A stretch of DNA of 63,993 nt, filler included, from Craspedostauros australis (GCA_030167865.1; 19 parts of 19 records of this genome joined end to end with filler, not necessarily neighbours in it), one strand, 5' to 3'. Shown: positions 1-13,700, counted from the first letter of the whole stretch. The notes: a model not told the origin generated them from the sequence alone. Translations and numbers: made by a program.

Positions 1-212
1 ACCACGTCCTCACCGCATGCATCTGATCTGAAATCAGATCCCCACCGCTCGAAAACCGAGCCACTCAAGAGGACAAAAGTCCCAACCGAAGGTAAGCGAC
101 CCAAGGTCGAACTTCGGAAGCCTCTGCCAAAGCAAGCAATAACCGCACTCGCCAACGAAGTGCGAGCCTCTCCAAGCCTGCATCGAACTTCAGTGCACAC
201 CTTCCCAACGAA

Positions 213-1616
213 GTGAAGTCGAGCAAAAGCAAGAGAAGGCAAACAGATCGATCCCNNNNNNNNNNNNNNNNNNNNNNNNNNNNNNNNNNNNNNNNNNNNN
301 NNNNNNNNNNNNNNNNNNNNNNNNNGAACGCCCGCCTCACACAGGCGACGTTGACGGCCGAAGCCGCTGCAGAAGCAGCAAACGCGGCTATAGCCACTGC
401 CCAAGCAGCAGCGACAGCCACCACGACACCAAGCCGTCCAGGACTCGAGCGCAGCCGCTCCGCTGGCGACACAAGACCCCGAACGGAACAGTCCTTCCTC
501 GGCGACAGCATCTTCGACATGGAAACTCCCATGCCCAAGAAGAGCAGAAAGTCAGAAGAGGACAGCGAAGACGACGACCACGACCTCTCNNNNNNNNNNN
601 NNNNNNNNNNNNNNNNNNNNNNNNNNNNNNNNNNNNNNNNNNNNNNNNNNNNNNNNNNNNNNNNNNNNNNNGGGCACTGGACCGGCCTCCAAGACGAGTC
701 ACACACCAGGTGGACCAACTCTCAACAACAGAGAATCCTCCATAACGGTGCTGACTCTACCAACCAGTCCAAGCGAGAGCAAGGGCTCACCGACAAGTTC
801 AAGAAAGGAGGGAACATCCAGCAGTTCATCCGCCTGGTGCGAAACCACATGGCAAGAACCGGACTCCTCNNNNNNNNNNNNNNNNNNNNNNNNNNNNNNN
901 NNNNNNNNNNNNNNNNNNNNNNNNNNNNNNNNNNNNNNNNNNNNNNNNNNNNNNNNNNNNNNNNNNNNNNNNNNNNNNNNNNNNNNNNNNNNNNNNNGAA
1001 GTGGGATCACTACGACGTCCAGAACAACGAGACAGCCTCAGCGTTCTTCCGTGACAGTCTTGATCCAGCCCTCGAAGACCAACTCATGAACCGAATCGAG
1101 CCGAAGTTCCACGATAACTTCATCACTCTCTTCGTTGAGTTCATGAACAGCAACTCGGCCAACTCCTTGGATGAACAAGACGCCCTCGCAGCCAAGATCC
1201 GCGAAGTCAACTGCAGACGTTTTCCAAACGAGAACGTTGGTCTCATGGCAGTCCACCTCCGTGCTCTTTGCAAGCGCCTCGACGACGCCGGTCGCNNNNN
1301 NNNNNNNNNNNNNNNNNNNNNNNNNNNNNNNNNNNNNNNNNNNNNNNNNNNNNNNNNNNNNNNNNNNNNNNNNNNNNNNNNNNNNNNNNNNNNNNNNNNN
1401 NNNNNNNNNNNNNNNCTCATGCGTCTTCCCGTCTTCACGTACGAGTACGCTCGCCCCCAGCTTGCCGCAAAAGATCTCACATGGATGGCAATCTGTAACA
1501 AGGCCGAGGCGTCGTACGAAAACGAGGTGCGTGGAAATCGCTGGCATGCCATCAGGCGTACCAGAGACAGCAACGTGCCCAGGTACTCGTACGCCAACAA
1601 CGCCGTCCAGAATCCA
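213..1616 (+). CDS. Copia Gag (partial, gapped)
   Basis: Long ORF upstream of pol. Its C-terminal part matches the 8184..10580 ORF, which runs on into a CCHH zinc finger and protease. Confidence 0.75.
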
Positions 1617-3684
1617 NNNNNNNNNNNNNNNNNNNNNNNNNNNNNNNNNNNNNNNNNNNNNNNNNNNNNNNNNNNNNNNNNNNNNNNNNNNNNNNNNNNN
1701 NNNNNNNNNNNNNNNNNNNNNNNNNNNNNNNNNNNNNNNNNNNNNNNNNNNNNNNNNNNNNNNNNNNNNNNNNNNNNNNNNNNNNNNNNNNNNNNNNNNN
1801 NNNNNNNNNNNNNNNNNNNNNNNNNNNNNNNNNNNNNNNNNNNNNNNNNNNNNNNNNNNNNNNNNNNNNNNNNNNNNNNNNNNNNNNNNNNNNNNNNNNN
1901 NNNNNNNNNNNNNNNNNNNNNNNNNNNNNNNNNNNNNNNNNNNNNNNNNNNNNNNNNNNNNNNNNNNNNNNNNNNNNNNNNNNNNNNNNNNNNNNNNNNN
2001 NNNNNNNNNNNNNNNNNNNNNNNNNNNNNNNNNNNNNNNNNNNNNNNNNNNNNNNNNNNNNNNNNNNNNNNNNNNNNNNNNNNNNNNNNNNNNNNNNNNN
2101 NNNNNNNNNNNNNNNNNNNNNNNNNNNNNNNNNNNNNNNNNNNNNNNNNNNNNNNNNNNNNNNNNNNNNNNNNNNNNNNNNNNNNNNNNNNNNNNNNNNN
2201 NNNNNNNNNNNNNNNNNNNNNNNNNNNNNNNNNNNNNNNNNNNNNNNNNNNNNNNNNNNNNNNNNNNNNNNNNNNNNNNNNNNNNNNNNNNNNNNNNNNN
2301 NNNNNNNNNNNNNNNNNNNNNNNNNNNNNNNNNNNNNNNNNNNNNNNNNNNNNNNNNNNNNNNNNNNNNNNNNNNNNNNNNNNNNNNNNNNNNNNNNNNN
2401 NNNNNNNNNNNNNNNNNNNNNNNNNNNNNNNNNNNNNNNNNNNNNNNNNNNNNNNNNNNNNNNNNNNNNNNNNNNNNNNNNNNNNNNNNNNNNNNNNNNN
2501 NNNNNNNNNNNNNNNNNNNNNNNNNNNNNNNNNNNNNNNNNNNNNNNNNNNNNNNNNNNNNNNNNNNNNNNNNNNNNNNNNNNNNNNNNNNNNNNNNNNN
2601 NNNNNNNNNNNNNTATCGGAGTAGAGTATGGGTGGTACATCGCGGCAGCAAATGCCTGGATGCTAATTGCCGTAACTCTACTACTCCTCCACACGAATGT
2701 ACCACGAAGACCCGACTCAATCAACTCTGCTGACCTAGTCTACAACAAGGCACGAGTCAAAGAACGGTACAAGCAAGTGCACAAACGTCCAACACACTTC
2801 AATGGAGCCGTGAAACGCAGTCTCTACGATCTCGTAATGGAAAGTCTCGACCCAGATGAACCCAAACCCGTGAACGTGTCGAAAGGAAACTCCCCACGAA
2901 CAAAACGTGTGTGGCGTCCCCAGGCTCGGACCAAATCTCGCAATCACAGATCAAAACGTCGTCACTGGAATCAATCGAAAAATTCCACTTATGGTAAAAA
3001 CCAAACACCCACGACAGCAAAATTGCCCCGCCAGGAAGGTCGCACCTCATCCATCTCACGAAATCTCTGGAGCCTATACCCGACTCGCGGAATTGACTTG
3101 ATGTATGATCGAAATCAAAAACAACAATGTGACAATGACATGCCAGCACTACTCACCCTGCAAGGTCTAGCTTCCTTCTTCTCCAATCGCAATGCTTTCG
3201 CATCTCCAGCTAAAGCTGAGAGTTATCTCTCACCCGATGCTNNNNNNNNNNNNNNNNNNNNNNNNNNNNNNNNNNNNNNNNNNNNNNNNNNNNNNNNNNN
3301 NNNNNNNNNNNNNNNNNNNNNNNNNNNNNNNNNNNNNNNNNNNNNNNNNNNNNNNNNNNNNNNNNNNNNNNNNNNNNNNNNNNNNNNNNNNNNNNNNNNN
3401 NNNNNNNNNNNNNNNNNNNNNNNNNNNNNNNNNNNNNNNNNNNNNNNNATGTTCCCGAATCAAAGGTCAAGCTAATCAGCACTTCCAGTCTCCTTGAAGA
3501 GTATCAGGGCGAAACGATCGTTTTCGACAAGTCCTCCTGCAAACTCAGCGGAATCCTGGGAAACGACGATCGCAATGCAATCGTAGCGAATTACAAGAAG
3601 TCCACAAGGCTGCCAACATCAGTCGGCTACAGTGCCGACAACATCCATGACGTACCAGCTGTACTAACGTCCATCGTCTCTACC

Positions 3685-5826
3685 GTGTCGGACCACAACG
3701 TGAACCTCACCCAACCGCAAAAGGAACTTCTTCGGTGGCACTATCGTCTCGGACATTTATCCTTCAGTCGAGTGAAGTTCCTGCTGCGTTCGGGTACGCT
3801 CACCGGGTCAGAATCGTCTAGAAAGATGCATACAGCTGCGGCAAGGGTCACAAGCCTTCCACTCTGCGCCGCATGCCAATTCGGAAAGCTGCACCGTCGC
3901 CCTTCCCCAGGAATAACTCAACATGTCGTCCGTGACAAACAAGGAGTTTTGCGCACCAATCACTTGTTCCCAGGACAACAAGTATCAGTGGACCACTTCG
4001 TCGGTCGAACACCAGGACGCCTCTTTTCAGGACGAGGCAAAGGCGATCCAAACGAAATGTACAAAGGTGGAGCCATCTTCGTCGATCACGCATCAGGATA
4101 CATTCATGTGGAACCTGTGGCAGCGCTAACCACGCACGCCACTCTCGAAGCCAAGGAACGGTTCGAACTGATGTGTCGTGATGTAGGAGTCCCCGTACGA
4201 TCGTATCTATCAGACAACGCCACCACCTTCACCTCACCCGAATACTCCAAACACCTCGAAATATTCCATCAAGTCCATCGATTTGCAGGTGTCGGCGCAC
4301 ATCACCACAATGGAATCGCCGAGCGAAGCATTCGAACAATTGTCTCAATGGCCCGAACCATGATGATGCACCAAAGCATCCACTGGCCAACGATGTTTGA
4401 TGCTCAACTGTGGCCAATGGCCGTCGTACACGCCGCGTACATCTATAATCGCGTGCCTAATCCCGCCACCGGCCTCACACCTTACGATGTTCTNNNNNNN
4501 NNNNNNNNNNNNNNNNNNNNNNNNNNNNNNNNNNNNNNNNNNNNNNNNNNNNNNNNNNNNNNNNNNNNNNNNNNNNNNNNNNNNNNNNNNNNNCCCCGAT
4601 GGGAACCAAGAGGAGAGAGATACGTGAACATGGGTCTCTCTACGAAGCATGCTTCAACCGTACCTCTAGTCCTATCACCACGGACAGGCTCAATCACCCC
4701 TCAGTTCCACGTCGTGTTCGATGACTGGTTCGCAACGATTGCTACCGACTTGAAGCAACTTCCAAGCTATCAANNNNNNNNNNNNNNNNNNNNNNNNNNN
4801 NNNNNNNNNNNNNNNNNNNNNNNCCTCTTCTCAGGACGAGGCAAAGGCGATCCAAACGAAATGTACAAAGGCGGAGCCATCTTCGTCGACCACGCATCAG
4901 GATACATTCATGTGGAACCTGTAGCAGCGCTAACCACACACGCCACCCTCGAAGCCAAGGAACGGTTCGAACTGATGTGTCGTGATGTTGGAGTCCCCGT
5001 ACGATCGTATCTATCAGACAACGCCACCACCTTCACCTCACCCGAATACTCCAAACACCTAGAGATATTCCATCAAGTTCATCGATTCGCAGGTGTCGGC
5101 GCACATCACCACAATGGAATCGCCGAGCGAAGCATTCGAACAATTGTCTCAATGGCCCGAACCATGATGATGCATCAAAGCATCCACTGGCCAACGATGT
5201 TTGATGCTCAACTGTGGCCAATGGCCGTCGTACACGCCGCGTACATCTACAATCGCGTGCCTAACCCCGCCACCGGCCTCACACCTTACGACGTTCTGTC
5301 ACGCATCCGTCTTCCCCTCAAGCAACTTCATAACCTGCATGTATGGGGCAGTCCAGTCTATGTCCTTAACAAAGCATTGGCCGATGGACGCAAGATTCCC
5401 CGATGGGAACCAAGAGGAGAGAGATACGTGAACATGGGTCTCTCTACGAAGCATGCTTCAACCGTACCTCTAGTCCTATCACCNNNNNNNNNNNNNNNNN
5501 NNNNNNNNNNNNNNNNNNNNTTCGATGACTGGTTCGCAACGATTGCTACCGACTTGAAGCAACTTCCAAGCTATCAATCGGAAGAATGGACTCGCATGTT
5601 TGGTGACACCACTTTTCAATATCCATTCGATGACGACGATGTGGAATCAATGGAGCAGGACGACATCTTCGCATCAGACACGCGAGACCACAACCGGTTA
5701 CAACGCAACGACGATAATACTCCACCACCGAGAATTGATACGCGAAACCAACAAACCATCCGTGAAAGAGCGCCACAGGTATTGGCGAAAGAGTCGCAAC
5801 AAACGACGCAACAGATCCCCGATCTC
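3685..5826 (+). CDS. Copia integrase (partial; the core appears twice because of an overlap across a 50-N gap)
   Basis: WHYRLGH, CxxC and D-D-E motifs (SVDH, SDNA, GIAER). Confidence 0.92.
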
Positions 5827-5926
5827 NNNNNNNNNNNNNNNNNNNNNNNNNNNNNNNNNNNNNNNNNNNNTTAATTAATTAANNNNNNNNNNNNNNNNNN
5901 NNNNNNNNNNNNNNNNNNNNNNNNNN
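5827..5926. other. Artificial scaffold-joining linker (44 N + TTAATTAATTAA + 44 N), first of 18
   Basis: The same all-frame-stop 12-mer flanked by N runs starts at 5871, 8176, 10737, 17486, 19429, 27757, 30036, 31789, 40125, 41859, 44063, 46080, 50585, 55146, 57464, 59762, 61203 and 62802. Confidence 0.98.
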
Positions 5927-7426
5927 GCATGAAACTGCATTGCAAGCCAACTATCCAACGTGGGAGAGCCCGCAACACTTTGCTGACATGTCACGAGACA
6001 GATACGAGCCAATGGCACCGCCGAACACGAACAGGACGAATCGGACGAACAGATCTCAGAAGACCCAAAAGTCCGCGTCCATTGCGGCTGGTCCTTCACC
6101 AGCCCAAATGCTCCCACCAACATCCACACCGGCGGCTGCATCTTTTGCAGCCCAAATCGAACAATCACAAGGCACACCTGCACCAAACGGCANNNNNNNN
6201 NNNNNNNNNNNNNNNNNNNNNNNNNNNNNNNNNNNNNNNNNNCACCAACATCCACACCGGCGGCTGCATCTTTTGCAGCCCAAATCGAACAATCACAAGG
6301 CACACCTGCACCAAACGGCACGCCAGCACATGGAAAAGACTCGAGAATTGTGAAGCAACTGTTGGAAAAGGCCGTCGCAACCTTGAATGATGCTCAGAGA
6401 GAACGGGACTCCGCCAGGGAATGGGCCGAATCCGTGAAGACTTCTGTCGGCCAATGGGCAACTGAACAGCGCAATCTACTTGACTTCGAAAAGCATCAAC
6501 AGCAACAGCAGAAGGAGCAAAAGAAGCACCAGGAGGATAGTGAACTTCATCGAAAGGATCAGCTGGATAGGGAGGCTCTCTCGCAACAGCACTTGCAGCA
6601 GCAGACCCATCTCATCCAGTCACTGGAGGGAGCGGTGCTTGAGCTTCAGAAACAAGTCACGGATGAACATCAGAAACGCCAGAGCACTGAAGCATCCCTC
6701 CAAGACTTGCTTGTCAATCAGCAATCCAAGATGCAGCAGCTCGGTAATCAACTGAGCTCGGTGGAGCAACTGGTCGTCAGCGCAACCAGCACCAGCGGCG
6801 GGACTTTGGGATCGTCGCTCAAATCTGACAGCCCGCAAGATCGCTTCCCAAATCAGCGCTACGGGAACGTGGCCTCCGATGAAATCCCGCGTCACGTTGC
6901 TCACACTCCCGCGAATCAGCCCATCCGACATGCCGACGATCCAACGACCACTGTCATGGCGCACAAGCGCGCAGCCAACCATTTCATCGACACTCCACAC
7001 CAATCGCAAGGAGGCAGGCTGTTCCAGGCCGCAGGTGCAGTTGTTGCTGATGGACCCCAACTGACGCATCTGCAAACCGCCACGAATGGCCCAGAGCAAG
7101 CAAAAGAACGCAGGAGCCGACGAACCAAAGAGGTAACCGATCGTGGGTACATGATCCGGTACAGCAATGGAGTCCAGAAGGAAGTCCATCACGACGGCAC
7201 CACAGTAACTCGGTTTGTGAATGGCGACGTCGAGACCAAGCTTCCCCATTCCGGCAGCGTCGCCTACTTCCACGCCGGCGATCAAGTGCTGCAAATCACC
7301 TTGCCAGATCAATCCGTCCTGTACGAGTACTCCAACCAGCAAATGGAACGACATCTGCCGAATGGAGACAAGGTCATCATGTTCCCCAACGGTATGAAGC
7401 AGGTGTTGATGCGTGGTGTGGTATAG
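5927..7426 (+). CDS. SAS-4/CPAP/CENPJ-like protein (coiled coil plus Tcp10 C-terminal beta-hairpin domain), probably 5'-truncated
   Basis: C-terminal repeats YSNG..KEVHHDG..RFVNGDVET..YFHA..LPD..YEYSNQQMERHLPNGDKVIMFPNG are typical of Tcp10_C, preceded by a Q/E-rich coiled coil. The 5940 ORF joins the 6350 ORF in frame once the duplicate 6115-6192/6243-6320 is collapsed. Confidence 0.8.
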
Positions 7427-8231
7427 ATGTGATTTTGGAACGTTAACAATAGGAGCGTACGTATGCATATGTGTATAGTATGGTGTGCGGGAGATGTTTG
7501 GAGACGCGAACTTGGTCGTACACGTACTTGCACAATCTAGTACTGTTACGGCCAATCGTGGAGTATTAGGTGCACGCAGCCGTCTGTGTGGTGCTAGTGC
7601 CTCAAACAAACGGCTGTAGCCAACGCCATTGGCGATTTTTGGCGATTTTTGGATCACGAAAAATGGTCTGTAGAATCTAGTACATTTTCTACGTAAGTCC
7701 CGAACGAAAACAGGCCAGAAACAGCATCAACCGTGGTCCAACTCTCCGCACTCAGCTCGTATGGGCCATCCTGTACTCATATTTAAGTTATAGTATCGAA
7801 TAGTGTTTATATATACCATCCTTAAGTTTGGTGGCTGTTGCTCTCTTTCTCGGTGAGCACTGATGCCATCCATCAAGCACCCCCATCATTCACGGACGTT
7901 TTTTGGCTTCTGGTTGGCGTGTTTTCATGGTCGAGTTGTTCCAAAGAAGTGTCCCAACCGTCCATGACGTCATAATGACGCAAGCGTTGGAACCAGAATT
8001 GACCAAACTTGCCACCGAAATTGGGGATCCGAGTGGTCAAATATCAATCCGACCTCCATGGGAGCACTAAACGCAAGCATACCTCCATACCATCGCACTC
8101 AAACATAATATAGATCATATAGTTGTGACCGNNNNNNNNNNNNNNNNNNNNNNNNNNNNNNNNNNNNNNNNNNNNTTAATTAATTAANNNNNNNNNNNNN
8201 NNNNNNNNNNNNNNNNNNNNNNNNNNNNNNN

Positions 8232-10692
8232 GCCGACACCTGCGAATCGATGGACTTGATGGAATATCTCAAGGTGTTTGGAGTATTCGGGCGAGGTGAA
8301 GGTGGTGGCGTTATCGGATAGATACGATCGTACGGGAACTCCAACATCACGACACATCAATTCGAACCGTTCCTTGGCTTCGAGGGTGGCGTGCGTAGTT
8401 AGCGCTGCCACGGGTTCCACGTGAATGTATCCTGATGCGTGATCGACAAAGATGGCTCCGCCTTTGTACATTTCGTTTGGATCGCCTTTGCCTCGTNNNN
8501 NNNNNNNNNNNNNNNNNNNNNNNNNNNNNNNNNNNNNNNNNNNNNNNNNNNNNNNNNNNNNNNNNNNNNNNNNNNNNNNNNNNNNNTTGTCACGGACGAC
8601 ATGTTGAGTTATTCCTGGGGAAGGGCGACGGTGCAGCTTTCCGAATTGGCATGCGGCGCAGAGCGGAAGGTTTGTGACCCTTGCCGCAGCTGTGTGCATC
8701 TTTCTAGACGATTCTGACCCAGTGAGCGTACCCGAGCGCAGCAGGAACTTCACTCGACTGAAGGATAAGTGTCCGAGACGATAGTGCCACCGAAGAAGTT
8801 CCTTTTGCGGTTGGGTGAGGTTCACGTTGTGGTCCGACACGGTAGAGACAATGGACGTTAGTGCAGCTGGCACGTCATGGATGTTGTCGGCGCTGTAGCC
8901 TACTGATGTTGGCAGCCTTGTGGATTTCTTGTAATTCGCTACGATTGCATTGCGATCGTCGTTTCCCAGGATTCCGCTGAGTTTGCAGGAGGATTTGTCG
9001 AACACGATTGTTTCGCCCTGATACTCTTCAAGGAGACTGGAAGTGCTGATTAGCTTGACCTTTGATTCGGGAACATGGAAAGCAGGCAGTCGCAATTTGC
9101 GAGGGCTCCCAGTTACATCAAGGACATACCATTCGACGGTGCCCAACGCATTCACTTGGATTTTCTTGAGGAATCCATTGAGAAAGGTCGGTCGTGGTGG
9201 AGGACTTGGAGTAGAACAGAAATCGTTGAGGTCATTCGTCACAGAAATTGATGCTCCGCTGTCCCATACAAGCTCAAATGGAGCATCGGGTGAGAGATAA
9301 CTCTCAGCTTTAGCTGGAGATGCGAAAGCATTGCGATTGGAGAAGTAGGAAGCTAGACCTTGCAGAGTGAGTAGTGCTGGCATGTCATTGTCACATTGTT
9401 GCTTTTGATTTCGATCATACATCAAGTCAATTCCGCGAGTCGGGTACAGGCTCCAGAGATTTCGTGAGATGGATGAGGTGCGACCTTCTTGGCGGGGCAA
9501 TTTTGCTGTCGTGAGTGTTTGGTTTTTACCATAAGTGGAATTTTTCGATTGGTTCCAGTGACGACGTTTCGATCTGTGATTGCGAGATTTTGTCCGAGCC
9601 TGGGGATGCCACACACGTTTTGTTCGTGGGGAGTTTCCTTTCGACACGTTCACGGGTTTGGGTCCATCTGGGTCGAGACTTTCCATTACGAGATCGTAGA
9701 GACTGCGTTTCACGGCTCCATTGAAGTNNNNNNNNNNNNNNNNNNNNNNNNNNNNNNNNNNNNNNNNNNNNNNNNNNNNNNNNNNNNNNNNNNNNNNNNN
9801 NNNNNNNNNNGGTCTTCGTGGAACGTTCGTGTGGAGGAGTAGTAGAGTTACGGCGATTAGCATCCAGGCATTAGCTGCCGCGATGTACCACCCATACTCT
9901 TTTCCGATAGTGATGACTTGGAGTGAGGCGAAGAGGAGAACCATTCCAACGATGCTACTGAAGTAGTTGAAGGAGGTGAAGAGGTTCCAGACGAGAGACC
10001 ACCAGGTGTCTTCGTCTTGACTGGAGGCGGCTGTGAAGCATGTCCACGCAGCCATGTCAATGGAGAGGTTGTCCTGTTTGGGAGCTTGCTTGCCCTTTGC
10101 CTTCGCCTTGAATTTGAAGTTGTCCTGGTGACTCTCGGTGTTGTGTGAGAGACGCCAGCGGCGGCACTTGGCACACCACATGAACGTCTTGTCGTTGACA
10201 AGCTTGCGCTGTGGCTCATTGGGCTTGGGAGCTTTGGACGACCAGCCCTGGCCGGCGTTGCGTTTGGCGTCGCGTTCCTTGGGCTTCTTGAAGTTGTTTC
10301 TCTTTCCATCGTTCTTGGAGAAACCNNNNNNNNNNNNNNNNNNNNNNNNNNNNNNNNNNNNNNNNNNNNNNNNNNNNNNNNNNNNNNNNNNNNNNNNNNN
10401 NNNNNNNNNNNNNNNNNNNGCATGCCAGCGATTTCCGCGCACTTCGTTTTCGTACGACGCCTCGGCCTTGTTGCAGATTGCCATCCATGTGAGGTCTTTT
10501 GCGGCAAGCTGTGGGCGAGCGTACTCGTACGTGAAGACGGGGAGACGCATGAGGATTTCCTCAAGGCTATCCTTCATCACATAGAGAGGACGTCGGTACT
10601 GTTCACCGGACCGGATCTGTCCTCCAGCCTGCAGGAAGGCGTCGAGGATCGTTCGGAGGAGACGAAGGTCGAAGCGACCGGCGTCGTCGAGG
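8232..10692 (-). mobile_element. CoDi-like Copia gag-pol fragment (Gag CCHH finger, hydrophobic segment, protease, integrase start); same family as 1-5826
   Basis: WCAKCRRWRLSHNTESH zinc finger, LVWDSGAS aspartic protease, WHYRLGH and YLSDNA all lie in ORF 8184..10580. Confidence 0.93.
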
Positions 10693-10792
10693 NNNNNNNN
10701 NNNNNNNNNNNNNNNNNNNNNNNNNNNNNNNNNNNNTTAATTAATTAANNNNNNNNNNNNNNNNNNNNNNNNNNNNNNNNNNNNNNNNNNNN

Positions 10793-13700
10793 AATCATCA
10801 TGTCCCTCCCAACATACAACCTCCTTCCTTTTGCATCCCCAGCTACATCGGTACAGGTGTGGGTGGTCTACCATACTCTACATTCCATCCCAACAACAGC
10901 ATGGCAACTCCAACATCTGACTACATGGGGCCCAACTGCTTTGGTATCATGCCTTGCCAGCAATGTCTGACCCTGTTCTGCAGTCACTGCAGTAGGCCAC
11001 CATTTTGCCCAAACTGNNNNNNNNNNNNNNNNNNNNNNNNNNNNNNNNNNNNNNNNNNNNNNNNNNCACGCGAGGATTCGAGCAGCGACCCCAATCCATC
11101 CCAATCAAAGGTGCAACGTCAAACAGCAACTGCTGACACATCCATCTATCCCCAACCACCTCATGGGGACTACGCATCGTACCAATACTCTGCACATGTC
11201 GGACCAAACCACCATGGCAGCGTTCACAGTCCTCCTCTCCCCATGGTTGCGAATCATCATGTCCCTCCCAACATACAACCTCCTTCCTTTTGCATCCCCA
11301 GCTACATNNNNNNNNNNNNNNNNNNNNNNNNNNNNNNNNNNNNNNNNNNNNNNNNNNNNNNNNNNNNNNNNNNNNNNNNNNNNNNNNNNNNNNNNNNNTT
11401 TGGTATCATGCCTTGCAAGCAATGTCTGACCCTGTTCTGCAGTCACTGCAGTAGGCCACCATTTTGCCCAAACTGTGCGTCATCCATCAGCAGAGGTGCA
11501 CATCACACAGGTGTGAATGCCTTTGTACCACAGGCCAATTCGTTCTCCATTGGGACTTGTGGTGATGCTGCTGCGCCAACACGTCCCAAGCGCAAATCAT
11601 CAGCAACCAGATGCAGGGCGCCACATCGACAGGCAGGAGATGATGTGCTCGCGCGACNNNNNNNNNNNNNNNNNNNNNNNNNNNNNNNNNNNNNNNNNNN
11701 NNNNNNNNNNNNNNNNNNNNNNNNNGATGCTGCGTTCGTTCCAGCCAACGAGGGCAAGGTGAATCGAAGAGAAGTGCTGCAAGCCATTTTTGAAGCAGCT
11801 GGCATTAGCATCAAACCCCTCTCTCGGTTCCATGTGGATGGATTTGAACGTCTCCCACGAAAGACAGCGACTGGTCGTTGGAGTCTCATCAACCGAGTCT
11901 GGGATGGAGTTTGTGGTGGGTCAACCCAGCACATGTTTCCTGGCANNNNNNNNNNNNNNNNNNNNNNNNGAAGCCATGACCTTCGTGCGACATCGCAAAC
12001 AGCTCCCTCCTGTGTTGCTGGAGCAGACTCTCTGTCATTTAGCCTTCTGGGGGAATAGGGACCTGTCACTGACTGCTCGTGCGGTTTTGGCGATGACCTG
12101 TGACTCCAGGCGCTGCACCCGAATCCTGGCCATCCACTACGGTAGCTTGTCGAAAGGAGACAAGGTGAGGGTCAAGCTTGGACGCCGAACCATGTCTCGT
12201 ACAGGACACAGGCGACTGTCGCGCGCTGGAGGTGCGATCCTTGCTGGAGGCCAGTTCCCACACGCAGACTACAAGTACCGTGTCAAGGAATCTAGTCTCC
12301 AGGGCGTAGTCTCGTTTCTCACCTCCATGTTCCAGTACCGGCCAGGCATCACAAGGAGCGTCAAGTTGGCTGGTGTTCTGTTCCCAGACCTGCCTATCTT
12401 CATTCGTGGATCAACATCCATAGCAGAACTCTTTGCGAAGTACAAGAATGCAACAGATGACCCTGTTGGCAAGCCTGCCTTCAGGAGTATCCTGACATTG
12501 CTCACGCGACGTGGCAAGTGTCAAATGGGCCTGTCCTCCTTCTACGCAGACACTCTGACTGTATTCATGCACTTTCAAAGCATGATCAAGAGATTCATGG
12601 AACTGCTTCGGACTCAGAACAAGGAACATCAAGACAAAGAACTCACGTCTGAACTTCTCGATGAGGCACAGGCCATCATCACGGACAGTGATTCTGTTCT
12701 TTCATTTGCGAAATGGGAATACGCGAACAAGCACATCCAGGTGAAGACAACCACGGATAATCTACATTCTGCAGAGTTCGCACTGACAAATGGCTCCCTC
12801 CCATTTGTGAACCAAGCATGCAAGCAATGTGCAGATGTCATGACGTTTTTCCCGATTCGTGTTCGCAACTTCATGAAAACTGCCACCAACAGCATCACTG
12901 GCAACACGTTTGAATTGGATCGCATGGCTGCAGCAATTAACCTGTGTGATGACGCGCTGCGCCAGTACATGGCCCACCAAGTGAGACGAAAGGTGCAAGT
13001 GCAGAAGATCAAGGAGGAAAAGGAGCGCCTCAAGGACCATCCAGATCGCATCATTGCCGTGCTCGATCACAAGCAACGCATCCTNNNNNNNNNNNNNNNN
13101 NNNNNNNNNNNNNNNNNNNNNNNNNNNNNNNNNNCAGTGATTCTGTTCTTTCATTTGCGAAATGGGAATACGCGAACAAGCACATCCAGGTGAAGACAAC
13201 CACGGATAATCTACATTCTGCAGAGTTCGCACTGACAAATGGCTCCCTCCCATTTGTGAACCAAGCATGCAAGCAATGTGCAGATGTCATGACGTTTTTC
13301 CCGATTCGTGTTCGCAACTTCATGAAAACTGCCACCAACAGCATCACTGGCAACACGTTNNNNNTGGATCGCATGGCTGCAGCAATTAACCTGTGTGATG
13401 ACGCGCTGCGCCAGTACATGGCCCACCAAGTGAGACGAAAGGTGCAAGTGCAGAAGATCAAGGAGGAAAAGGAGCGCCTCAAGGACCATCCAGATCGCAT
13501 CATTGCCGTGCTCGATCACAAGCAACGCATCCTCCCAACGGAGAATCAGGAAGCTCAGAAAGCGTTCTTCGGAAAAACGGAATGTCTCTCCTTGGTGTCA
13601 TGACAATCCAATACAAGAACGGTAAGTTCGAGTACCGATTCATTGACATGGTGATGAAGGGGCGGAACAAGCAGGATCATGTCCAAGTTGCTGGCGCCAT

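Larger units (their letters stand above)
1..5826 (+). mobile_element. Ty1/Copia LTR retrotransposon internal region, CoDi-like (gag, protease region, integrase), gapped
   Basis: Gag-like ORF from 213. GAG-pre-integrase LLRWHYRLGH..CAAC, integrase core SVDHF/YLSDN/NGIAER and ITPQFHVVFDD follow. Near-identical to 8232-10692, which shows the protease. Confidence 0.93.

Noticed and set aside
1617..2613. Very long ORFs spanning N runs
   Set aside because: Their length comes from ambiguous bases and gives no evidence of coding.
4022..5483. Apparent tandem duplication of the integrase core (similar cases near 6115, 12706, 13496, 16030, 27845, 32270, 38058, 40527 and 44349)
   Set aside because: Each duplicate straddles a ~50-N gap, which is typical of unmerged overlapping contigs, haplotypes or paralogues.
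5871..5882. Recurrent TTAATTAATTAA as a biological repeat or TTAA target site
   Set aside because: Always centred in exactly 44+44 N. It is a synthetic all-frame-stop spacer, so neighbouring scaffolds are not linked.
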